Shown: positions 40,722 to 50,023 of the stretch, piece by piece
How positions within the stretch are numbered: position 1 is the stretch's first letter
Layout: the number at the start of each line of letters is the position of its first letter
Assembly: GCA_963777955.1 (NCBI GenBank)
Contig: CAVZSQ010000015.1
Coordinates: 160,001-224,000 of the forward strand
DNA from: Calditrichia bacterium
GTDB lineage: Bacteria; Calditrichota; Calditrichia; JAJRVZ01
Reading direction: 5' to 3'
Length of the DNA: 64,000 nt
The notes under the pieces: model-generated
The model's input: the letters and a program-made list of their open reading frames with translations, nothing else
Database searches by the model: none
Told to the model about the DNA's origin: nothing
Made by a program: the position numbers and the translations under genes

Positions 40722-40841
40722 CTACTCAATCGTACGTGCGGCTATTCTCTGACATTGAGCCAGCACTTGTGGTGTAAAAGTAACGAACATGAAAAGCAGA
40801 ATCCATGCTTTTTTGATCCGGCGAAATAATTTCTTGTACAT
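40722..40841 (-). CDS. Small secreted peptide, candidate precursor: MYKKLFRRIKKAWILLFMFVTFTPQVLAQCQRIAARTIE (39 aa; below the ORF-track cut-off)
   Basis: Translated by hand; AAGGAGGT SD (40846-40853) 4 nt before ATG; basic n-region, hydrophobic h-region, P-Q-V-L-A c-region; co-oriented between the radical SAM and binding-protein genes. Confidence 0.75.
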   Translation of the reverse strand: MYKKLFRRIKKAWILLFMFVTFTPQVLAQCQRIAARTIE

Positions 40842-40877
40842 ATAAACCTCCTTGTTTAGATGGGTTAAAATGTTAAA

Positions 40878-42273
40878 TTAATTTTTGGATATCTTCAGCA
40901 GTTGTCTGCTAAAATTATTTCTAAGTCCGGCTGCAGGTCTGCTGTGCGACCGGTTTGAGAGATTTTTTTTCCAGCCGGAAAATTTCTTATAAATTTTATT
41001 TTCCAGCCGGGCCAGTTTCAGGCGCCAGGCGGTCAATTTTTTCAGACGAAAATCGTAGCCGTCGTACCAGTGATCAGAGGTTAACAGACCCGCCTGCTTA
41101 TATTGTCGGTAAGACAAACTGCCCCGGTACAATTCCAATCGTTCATTGATGGAAATCCTGCAATTCTTACTGTTGAAATATTTTTTCTGGACCATGAATA
41201 ACACGAAGTACTGTTTGATCAGATCGCGCAGGCGGGTATAAGCGTCAGCCAGGATCACCGAGACGATACAATCAATTTTCAACCGCTTTAAAGTGATCAA
41301 GGCCTTCAGATTCTGCCGTACCGTGGTTCCCTTGCCAAAACGGTTCAGTTGATCCTGATCGAAAGACTCAACCCCCAGAAAAACACGTTGTAAACCTGAT
41401 CTTTTAAGATGTATCAAGACCTGGCGATCGATTGAATCCACCCGGCACATCATTTCAAAACTGACCGACAGGTTCCGCCGGGCCAGTTCGGCGGCCAGAA
41501 TTTCGGCACGTTGACGGTTGTGTACGCCGCGGGTTAAGAAATTATCATCATTCAGAATGAAATAGGTGCAGCGATAAGTTCTGGCCAGGTGCTCCAGTTC
41601 ATCTACAAATTTTGCGATGGAACGGCTGCGCCATTTTTTACCCGGACTGCTGGTGTAAAAAGAATTGATGTCGCAAAATGAACAATTCCCCCAGCAACCC
41701 CGCGAAGCATAAACCCGCAGGTGACCTGTTTTTTTAATCAGCCTGTCGGCATATTTGCGATCGACCATGGGCAGACTGTCCAGATCGTAAATAAGGGGCC
41801 GGGGAGGATTATGCCGCAACTGCCCATTAAGACTGATATGAAATTCCCGGAATCCCGGTCAGAGGTTTATGGCCCCGACCTGCAAGGGAATACATCAAGT
41901 CCAGCAGGGTATACTCCCCTTCTCCACGTACAATAAAATCGATGGCAGGTACATTTTTTAAAAGTTCATCGGCATGAAAAGTTGGGAAATATCCACCAGC
42001 TAGCACAGGTCCGCTGAAACCGGTCTGTTTTATCTGTTGAATCAAGGACAGCCCCTGCTCTTTAGTCTGATCCAGCATGGAAATCCCAATAGATTTTGGT
42101 TGTATGTGACGCATTTTTTGTATGACAGCCGGGATATCCAGATCTTCCAGTACCATATCCAAGGTGTCAACCTTGAAACCGTATTGAGTAAGAAAGGCCT
42201 TCAAACTGGCAATACCCAGATGTTCACTGATAACATCGCTCTTAACACCAGGATGAATTAACAAGAGATCCAT
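40878..42273 (-). CDS. Cobalamin-binding radical SAM enzyme (class B type), split by a frameshift at ~41826
   Basis: B12-binding N-domain (HLGIASLKAFL, IGIS, AGGYFPT, FIVRGEGE); rSAM domain SRGCWGNCSFC (CxxxCxxC), DDNF, CRVD, FLGVES; start at ATG 42273 after AGAGGG. Confidence 0.9.
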
Positions 42274-42304
42274 AATAATCCCTCTAAAAGATGAAAAATA
42301 CATA

Positions 42305-42320
42305 TGCCATATTCATGCCA
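42305..42320 (-). promoter_or_regulatory. Sigma-54 (-24/-12) promoter of the radical SAM operon
   Basis: Minus strand TGGCATGAATATGGCA, GG-N10-GC, versus consensus TGGCACG-N4-TTGC; predicted +1 ~42294, 21 nt before the ATG. Confidence 0.75.
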
Positions 42321-42403
42321 TTTTATTGTAAAAACGACAACTCCAATAATATGAAGTAGTTAGCCAATCCAGGCTTTCGAGCATAAATTATAAGATCAAA
42401 AAA

Positions 42404-42489
42404 AGTGTGAACGATCGATCAAAAAAATTGACCGATCGTTCACACTCGGTATGAACAATCGGTCAAAAAATGAGAACAATCGTTCACAC
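42404..42489. promoter_or_regulatory. Four phased imperfect palindromes (consensus GTGTGAAC-N4-GTTCACAC), candidate enhancer sites
   Basis: gtgtgaacgatcgatca, ttgaccgatcgttcacac, gtatgaacaatcggtca, tgagaacaatcgttcacac; centres at 42413, 42434, 42457, 42478 (21/23/21 bp apart). Confidence 0.7.
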
Positions 42490-42828
42490 GGATGGGAAGT
42501 CCCGCACTTTTTTGCAACTTTTTTGAGATAAAGCTGAATATACGATATTAGAAATTCGGCTCTTCACTGATATTTTGAGTTGTTTTTGCAGTTCAAAGAA
42601 TGCTCTCGGTCAATTCCAGGGCAAAATAATTCTTGTATATAAATATTTAATAAACAATATCTTATATATTTATTGTCTTATCGGCGATTTAAAAATTCCG
42701 GGAAAAATTAAAACGATTCAATGGAGCAGATATCTATCCGAAGGGCTTAAAAAAAATTATAAATTTTTTTCAAAATATTTAATAAAAATTAGATCAATTT
42801 AATCGCTTAACTTCCGGTAAACTTAAGC

Positions 42829-42850
42829 AGTGTGAACTTTTGTTCACACT
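42829..42850. repeat. Perfect palindrome AGTGTGAAC-TTTT-GTTCACACT (fifth copy of the motif)
   Basis: Direct reading; same half-sites as 42404-42489. Confidence 0.7.
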
Positions 42851-42898
42851 AGCCGACGTGAGACACAATTTATCGGACAATTTGATGGATTAGCCGGC

Positions 42899-43889
42899 TT
42901 AAATAACCCCGCCAATGAGATAAGGTTGGAACTTGTCGGCTTTAATCAGCCTGTAAATTGCCTCAGTATCCACTGCCCTGACAATAAAGACCAGGCCGAT
43001 CCCCAAATTAAAGGTATTGCGCATATCTGATTCAGGGACCTGGCCCAGACGCTTTATCATCTTGAATATCGGAGGCCAGGACCAGGCCTGCCAATCTACC
43101 TGCAGTGATAATCCTGCCGGTAACAGGCGTTTGGTATTACCTATGATGCCACCACCGGTAATATGGGCTATCCCTTTAACCTGAACCCTTTTTCGTACAG
43201 ATTGGATCAGGTGAAGATAACTCAAATGGACCTGTAACAATTCAGCGCCCAAAGTACACCCCAGCTCGGGAATATAACTATCCACTTTTAATTTTTTAAG
43301 CAATATCCTGCGGGCCAGGGAATAGCCATTGGTATGTAAACCGCTGGAATTAACTCCGACCAATACATCTCCCCTTTTTATTTTTTTACCGTTAATGATA
43401 TTCAGCTTTTTCTACCACACCGATAATGGTACCCGACAGATCATATTCGCCCTGGCGGTACAGGTCGGGCATCTCCGCTGTCTCGCCGCCGATCAGGGCG
43501 CAATGATTATACTTACAACCGCGTACAAAACCTTTAATTACATTTTTAAAAGTTGCTGTTTCTAATTTTCCGGTGGCGAAATAATCCAGGAAAAAAAGCG
43601 GCTGCGCTCCGCCCACGGCAATATCGTTGACGCAATGATTTACTAAATCCTGGCCGATCGTATCATGTTTATCCATCAGGATAGCGACTTTTAATTTGGT
43701 CCCCACGCCATCCACGCTGGAGACCAGCACCGGTTGCCGGTACATACCCTTGTTGAAACTATACATTCCCCCAAAAAGACCCAGTTCAGTCAATACCTGG
43801 CGGCTATAGGTGGAATGAACCATTTTTTTAATCTGTTTTATGGCCAGGTTCCCCTTTTCGATGTCAACACCCGCCTTACGATAAGTCAT
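42899..43889 (-). CDS. purM: Phosphoribosylformylglycinamidine cyclo-ligase, frameshifted in T5 run 43407-43411
   Basis: TYRKAGVDI, DGVGTK, NHCVND, GGETAEMP, SSGLHTNGYSL, AHITGGG, TFNLGIG. Confidence 0.95.
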
Positions 43890-43913
43890 TTTCACCTGCA
43901 GTATCCTCAGCAA

Positions 43914-44462
43914 TTATTCTATTATTAAGTCCAATGGTAATTTTAACTGTCGCAGATACTCATTACGGACCTGGTTAAAAAATTCCAATATCTGCGCTTG
44001 ACGATAATCCGGATAAGTCCAGGTCTGAATTTGAAATGATTGCTGCCGATAACAGAGATGCACATCTCCGTAAATGCCCTGCCCTAAATAGATCCGGTGT
44101 GAATAATCTTTGGTGGTGGCTAATAATACTTTAGCCGAAGTAATATAACCCGGATCGACATTGACCAGGCGCTTACCCTGCGAATTCTGTTTCTGCTCAA
44201 ACTCATTGGTACTTAACTTAATACCGGGTAAAGATTCTGGTATTATCATCCCGTTAAAAGCCACAATCAGCTTCGAAAGATCCGGGCCCATTTCATCTTG
44301 ATAATAGTCAGTGAACCGGGAAAAATTATATACTTCTGATTTAAACTCAATGGCAGCCAGGAGGCCGGCGATCCCGCTTAACAGGTCATCCCTTTTCACA
44401 GTACTGGCATATGTTACGGCAGCAAAAAGTTTAACCGGTACATGAGGTTTTACTTTTCCCAT
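43914..44462 (-). CDS. DUF4416 family protein
   Basis: FTDYYQDEMG, IKLSTN..E, RLVNVDPGY, LATTKDYSHRIYL, WTYPDY. Confidence 0.85.
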   Translation of the reverse strand: MGKVKPHVPVKLFAAVTYASTVKRDDLLSGIAGLLAAIEFKSEVYNFSRFTDYYQDEMGPDLSKLIVAFNGMIIPESLPGIKLSTNEFEQKQNSQGKRLVNVDPGYITSAKVLLATTKDYSHRIYLGQGIYGDVHLCYRQQSFQIQTWTYPDYRQAQILEFFNQVRNEYLRQLKLPLDLIIE

Positions 44463-44505
44463 TAAAATTTCAAGCAGTAATTCAAGTATGGATTACAATG
44501 CCGCT

Positions 44506-46296
44506 TCAGACCTGGTACATCTTTTCGATTTCATTCTTGAATTTTTCCAGAACCACTTTTCGTTTTATTTTCAGAGATGGGGTAAGTTCACCGGTCTCAA
44601 TGCTGAATGGTGCATCGGTGAGAATGAAATCTTTGATCGATTCATAACTGGCCAAACCATTATTAATATTATCAATATCGCTCTTAAATAATTGCCGGAC
44701 AGCGGGCAGGCTTATCAATTGACGCCGGTTTTCAACGGTAATACTATTATCTTTGGCCCATTTTTCAAGAGTTTCAAAAGCAGGTACTATCACGGCTGCG
44801 CAGAAACGTCTTTTATCACCTATAATTATAGCCTGCTCAATAAATTTACAGGTCACGAGTTGGTTCTCAATGGGTTGTGGAGCGATATTCTTGCCTCCGG
44901 ATGTAACAATTATATTCTTTTTCCTGTCGGTAATGGTAAGAAAGCCCTTTTCGTCGATAAAACCGATATCACCGGTATGAAACCACTTTTCCTCATCGAT
45001 TACTTCCCTGGTTTCATTCTCTTTATTAAAATAGCCCAGCATCACGTGGGGACCCCTGGTCAATATTTCACCATCCTCGGCGATTTTTACCTCGATGCCC
45101 GGTATTACCTGACCTACCGTACCAAACCGAAACTGCTCTTCTTTATTCACAGTAATCACCGGCGAGGTTTCGGTAAGGCCATACCCTTCGTAGATCATCA
45201 GGCCGGCAGCTCCAAAAAACTCGCCGATTTCCCTGGCTAAGGGAGCACCGCCCGATACAAAAAACCGCAACCTGCCCCCCACCCGCTCGGCTAACTTGCT
45301 GAAAACCAGTTTGTAGGCCAGATTTCGTTTAAATTGCAGGGTGGCACTGATCGGTTTTTTATTCATTACACATCCGATGTACTCTCTGCCCACCCCGATA
45401 GCCCAGTAAAAAATTTTGCGCTTTAAGTGGGATCCGCTTTCGACACTTTCCAGGACCCGGGCATAAATTTTTTCATATAACCTGGGTACGCTGGTCATTA
45501 CCGTAGGTTTTACTTCCCCCATATTCTGGGCTACCGTATCGATGCTCTCGGCATAGGCAATAGTCGATGCGCTGTAACAGGCCAGATAATGACCGGCCAT
45601 CCGTTCAAAGACATGGCATAAAGGTAAGAAAGAGAGAAATATATCTGTCTCATCGACATGCAGGCATTGCAAGGCACCTTCGATATTACTCATAAAATTA
45701 CCATGGGTTAACAGGGCGCCGCGTGGTTCTCCGGTAGTGCCGGAGGTGTAGATGATGGTAGCCTGGTCGGCTAAACTGGTTTTGGCAATTTCATTTTTTA
45801 TAAAATCGGGATTTTGTTTTAATAAATCTTCGCCCTGATTCATCAATTGCGCCAGGGTCATATACTGGCCATTGCCTGCCTCGGCATCGAATAAAATAAT
45901 GTTTTTCAAAGCCGGACAGTGGGCTTTAACTGATTCCAGTTTGGTCAACTGGATCCGGTTGGAACAGAGTACAGTTTTTGCCGCTGAATCTTTGAGCAGG
46001 TATTCCACCTGGTTAGGCAGCAAAGAGGGATAAATGGGGACATTGATCGCACCCAGCATAAGGATAGCGTAATCAGCAAAAGCCCATTCATAGCGGTTTT
46101 CGGAAAGCACGGCTATTTTTTCACCGCGTTTTACACCCAGAGTATTAAGTCCGGCGGCGATTCTCTTTACTTGCCCTAAAGATTCATTAAAACTGATGGA
46201 TTTATATTGACCTTCATGTTTGTACATATAGGCGCTGCGCTCCTGCATCCGCTCAGCATTTACTACAAACATTTCTGCTAAATTTTTAAAACGCAT
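44506..46296 (-). CDS. Long-chain fatty acid--CoA ligase (AMP-dependent synthetase)
   Basis: IIYTSGTTG, SFLPLCHVFER, SGGAPL, EGYGLTETSP, FHTGDIG, GELTPSLK. Confidence 0.93.
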   Translation of the reverse strand: MRFKNLAEMFVVNAERMQERSAYMYKHEGQYKSISFNESLGQVKRIAAGLNTLGVKRGEKIAVLSENRYEWAFADYAILMLGAINVPIYPSLLPNQVEYLLKDSAAKTVLCSNRIQLTKLESVKAHCPALKNIILFDAEAGNGQYMTLAQLMNQGEDLLKQNPDFIKNEIAKTSLADQATIIYTSGTTGEPRGALLTHGNFMSNIEGALQCLHVDETDIFLSFLPLCHVFERMAGHYLACYSASTIAYAESIDTVAQNMGEVKPTVMTSVPRLYEKIYARVLESVESGSHLKRKIFYWAIGVGREYIGCVMNKKPISATLQFKRNLAYKLVFSKLAERVGGRLRFFVSGGAPLAREIGEFFGAAGLMIYEGYGLTETSPVITVNKEEQFRFGTVGQVIPGIEVKIAEDGEILTRGPHVMLGYFNKENETREVIDEEKWFHTGDIGFIDEKGFLTITDRKKNIIVTSGGKNIAPQPIENQLVTCKFIEQAIIIGDKRRFCAAVIVPAFETLEKWAKDNSITVENRRQLISLPAVRQLFKSDIDNINNGLASYESIKDFILTDAPFSIETGELTPSLKIKRKVVLEKFKNEIEKMYQV

Positions 46297-46383
46297 AAAT
46301 CCTCCGCATATTTTGAAAAGGAAGGAAGGCTACAAAGAATTATTTTTTGAAAATATAGGTAAGCCTGAGAATTGAATCAATAC

Positions 46384-47628
46384 TTATGTATTTTTCTTTT
46401 GACCTGCAATCTTTTGCCTTAAGCGCTGCAGGCGATGCCGGAATTGGTTTTGTTCAACATGATAAGTATCTGCATCCGCAGTGCTTAATTCAGCCATCAA
46501 ATCCAGATATTCCAGGGCTTGTTCGGTATGGAATTTCGCCTGAACCAGATCGGCTTTATAATGTTCATAATATTTGGCCAGTTCTTCATGGGCGAACAGG
46601 GTATTTTTACCCAGGCGTATCAATTCATGCCAGATTGATTCAGCCTGTTCCCATTTACCTGATCGTTTCAGCAACAGGCTGAACGCTGTCAAGGTCAGGT
46701 CGGAAGGAAGATTGCCCCTGTTTCTGATTTGCTCCAGGAAAACCGCCGAACGATCCAGATCCAGGTTTCTGATTGCAACGTTGCACAGGTTCTGCAATTC
46801 CTGCTCATGCAGCGATTGCTGATCAGCAATATTTTCCAACCAGTTAAAATGAAATAATAACCGGCCCAGGGTGAGAATGTCCTGCTGATTATGCTCAATT
46901 ACACGCAGTATATCCGCGGTGTTTCCGGCGCGGATGAATTCGAAATAAACCTGCGGGATCAGCGCACCGGGAATGTCATTTACCCGGGAAAAATTAAATA
47001 TGCGGGTTTCAATATTGTTCAAGCTGCAGGATTCTAACAGCGTTTTCCAGACGCGCCGTGCCGGATGCAGCAGGTCCAAATGCCGGTACGCTCTGAATGG
47101 ATTCTCAAGTCTGTTCATGATAAAACGGTTATTCAGTACCGGATAATCAAAAGACTTGCCATTAAAGGAAACCAATATATTTTTTCCGCTAAATGAGCGG
47201 ATCAGTTCCAGAAAGGCCGTATTCTCCAGGCCGTAATCGGGCAGGAAATATTGAATGATTTCGAGGCCATGTGCGCTGAAGACTCCGAATCCCAGCAGGA
47301 AAGGAAACGTGCCGGTCCCGCCTGCTAAACCGGTGGTTTCAAGATCAAATAAAACGGTATCGCTGAGTGAAACCTGTTCAGTGAATTCTCTCCGCGTCAA
47401 TACCGGCAAATGGATGGACGGACTGCTGCCGGAGGCAAAGTCCTGCTTTGCTTCAGGCCAGAAGGAGGCATAAGGGTATTCCTTTACGATGCGGATTACT
47501 GTTGGAGAATCCGGATTGAGCGGGTATCCCCCCGATTGCAGGCATAACTCTTTGATAGGAATCGCTGCTTTTGGTTGTGGAACAGTACCGGCAACTTTGT
47601 ATCTTTTCAGTTTTTCGATGATGTCCAT
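46384..47628 (-). CDS. YprB/MrfB-like RNase H-fold exonuclease with C-terminal TPR
   Basis: FDLETTGLAGGTG, SFNGKSFD, HLDLLHPARR, HNQQDIL, ELAKYYEH. Confidence 0.88.
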   Translation of the reverse strand: MDIIEKLKRYKVAGTVPQPKAAIPIKELCLQSGGYPLNPDSPTVIRIVKEYPYASFWPEAKQDFASGSSPSIHLPVLTRREFTEQVSLSDTVLFDLETTGLAGGTGTFPFLLGFGVFSAHGLEIIQYFLPDYGLENTAFLELIRSFSGKNILVSFNGKSFDYPVLNNRFIMNRLENPFRAYRHLDLLHPARRVWKTLLESCSLNNIETRIFNFSRVNDIPGALIPQVYFEFIRAGNTADILRVIEHNQQDILTLGRLLFHFNWLENIADQQSLHEQELQNLCNVAIRNLDLDRSAVFLEQIRNRGNLPSDLTLTAFSLLLKRSGKWEQAESIWHELIRLGKNTLFAHEELAKYYEHYKADLVQAKFHTEQALEYLDLMAELSTADADTYHVEQNQFRHRLQRLRQKIAGQKKNT

Positions 47629-47667
47629 GACATAAGGAACTTAGTGCTTCTTCGGTGTATCCCAGGT

Positions 47668-49933
47668 TCAGAGCAGGGCTTTCAATATTTTCTGTGCGCT
47701 GGCTTTTCCATACAACCCCGCTTCAAGCGGCGGTCCGATACAGGAAGGACAGCCATTCTCACAACTGCAGCTGCCGATGTGATCGAAGACGGTCTGGAAG
47801 ATCAGGTTATCCAGATTATAGACTTTTTTACTCAGTCCCACTCCACCCGGATACTTATCATAAACATAAATAGTCGGCTTGTTGGAGAATGGCGAACGAA
47901 CCATAGGTACCACGCTGATATCGTTCCGGTCGCACATAATATACAATGGTATCAGGTTTTGCAGAACATAAGCGATACCCTTAATGCCCTCCCCGATCAC
48001 CGATTCCTGAAAGTAGGGATCGGAGAACAGTTGTTCGGGAAATTCAAACCAGGCTGAGGTGGAATGCATTTCCATTTCCGGCAGAAAAATTCTACCCATC
48101 CCGACGTTCTCATGCGTAAAGAATTTTACTTTTTTAAAAGAGGTGGCCACGGTAGTAACCGCAACTTCACCCAGACATTTTTTATAGCGCCGGGCTATCA
48201 ACTCCTCCTGATCAACCTGCAATACTTTAAGATCGGTTTTGGCAATTGCATCCGTATAATAATCGCATTCGGTCTCGCTGACATAGGCTTTCTTGCCTTC
48301 CCAGTCCAGTTCGTTCACCTGGAACTGCCGGCTTTCATGCAGGTAGATTGCTTCCTTGTGGACTAACAGCGGAGCAGAAAACAGATCCACTTCACCAATG
48401 ATCCGGTTATTATCTGATTGATTGATGATGACCACATTATTGGGATTGGCATTGCGCAGGCTTACTTCATCCGCAGGAAAAACTTCCTGCATCCAGAAAT
48501 ATTTGCCCGTCTGTTTCTCTCAGGATGCGTTCATCACGGAGATACTGCAATAGTTTCTGGGTGGCATCGGTACCAAAATGTTCCTCGGTGGTAAACGGCA
48601 GTTCGAAGGCGGCACATTTAAGATGACTCATCATCACCAGCAAATTATTGGCATCGATATTGGCGGTTTCGGGATTTTTACCAAAAAAATAGGAGGGGTG
48701 CTCAATAATGTACTGATCCAGGGGTGCGCTGCTGGCCACCATTATTGAGACTGAAGTAGTCTGACGCCTTCCGGCTCGTCCGGCCTGTTGCCAGGTACTG
48801 GCAATACTGCCCGGATATCCGGATAGTATCGATAAATCAAGTTGACCGATATCGATGCCCAGTTCCAGGGCATTGGTACTGACGACTACCTGGATACTGC
48901 CATCGCGTAATCCGCGTTCGATCTCCCTGCGTTCATTGGGCAGGTAACCGCCGCGATAACCCCGGATTTTATTGGGTTCAATTTTCAAGGATTTGGCAAC
49001 TTCCTTAAGATAGGTTACCAGAATTTCAACATTAAGCCTGCTGCGGGCAAAGACGATGGACTGTATGCCTGTCGGCAGGAACAGCCGGACTATTTTTCTT
49101 ATTTCATTCAGTACCGAATTGCGTATGCCCAATTCCTTATTTACCACGGGGGGATTATAAAAAATAAAATGTCTTTCCCCGCTGGGAGCGCCGTTTTCAT
49201 CCACAAGTTCCACCGGTGCTTCGATAACTTTCGCAGTTATTTCTTCCGGATTGGCAATAGTAGCAGAGCAACAGATAAAGACGGGATGACTGCCATAGAA
49301 TTCACAGATACGCTTCAACCGCCGCAGCACATTGGCCAGATGGCTGCCGAAAATACCTTTATAGGAATGTATTTCATCGATGACGATATATTTTAAATTC
49401 TCAAACAATTTGATCCACAAGGTATGATGAGGCAATATTCCCTGATGCAGCATATCGGGATTGGTCACGACTATATGCCCGGCCGAGCGGATGGTCCGGC
49501 GCACATCTGCCGGTGTATCTCCATCGAAGGTATAGCACAGAATGCGCTCCCCTAATCTTTCGATCAGATCGTTTAATTCATGCACCTGATCCTGGGCCAG
49601 GGCTTTGGTCGGAAACAGATACAGCGATCTTTGTTCGGGATTTTTCAGCAAATTGCACAGAACGGGCAGATTATAGGTCAGGGTCTTGCCCGAAGCGGTG
49701 GGGGTGACGACCACAACATTCTTACCCTGCTGAATTTTCTCAAAAGTCAGGACCTGATGCCGGTAAAGTGCAGAAATTCCACTTTGTTTCAAAACCTGAA
49801 TAACCTTATCCGGAATAGAGTCCGGAAAGGGGGCATAAACGGCTGACTGGGCGGGAATAGTTTTCCAGGAAGTTACATTGCGTGTGAATTCAGGTTTGGA
49901 GCCTAAATATTCAATTAATTGGGCAAGGTTCAT
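47668..49933 (-). CDS. YprA/MrfA-like DEAH helicase with DUF1998, frameshifted at ~48507
   Basis: TPTASGKT, PTKALAQDQ, DEIH, SAT, TNALELGIDIG, QQAGRAGRR; C-terminal YDKYPGGVG and CSCENGCPSC. Confidence 0.92.
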
Positions 49934-50023
49934 TCAAACCCTAATAACAGCATAAATTTACCTGCTTACACCCGCAGCGATCGACGTGCAAGGTTGTCGG
50001 CAGGAATATCGCTCGAAGATAAT

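Noticed and set aside
41819..41830. Programmed frameshift or selenocysteine read-through in the radical SAM and other split genes
   Set aside because: The stop is TAA and the continuation is in another frame; no slippery heptamer; the same break type occurs across unrelated housekeeping genes.
42274..42303. Track start of the B12-binding ORF at 42303
   Set aside because: It lies upstream of the predicted sigma-54 +1; ATG 42273 has an SD and matches the family N-terminus.
42404..42489. Short repeats as a possible mini-CRISPR array or transposon ends
   Set aside because: Units are ~18 bp, degenerate and nearly abutting with no unique spacers; no cas or transposase gene; position fits enhancer sites.
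42575..42802. 75-aa + strand ORF in the AT-rich spacer
   Set aside because: TTG start, no SD, K/I/Y-rich composition typical of chance ORFs in AT-rich DNA.
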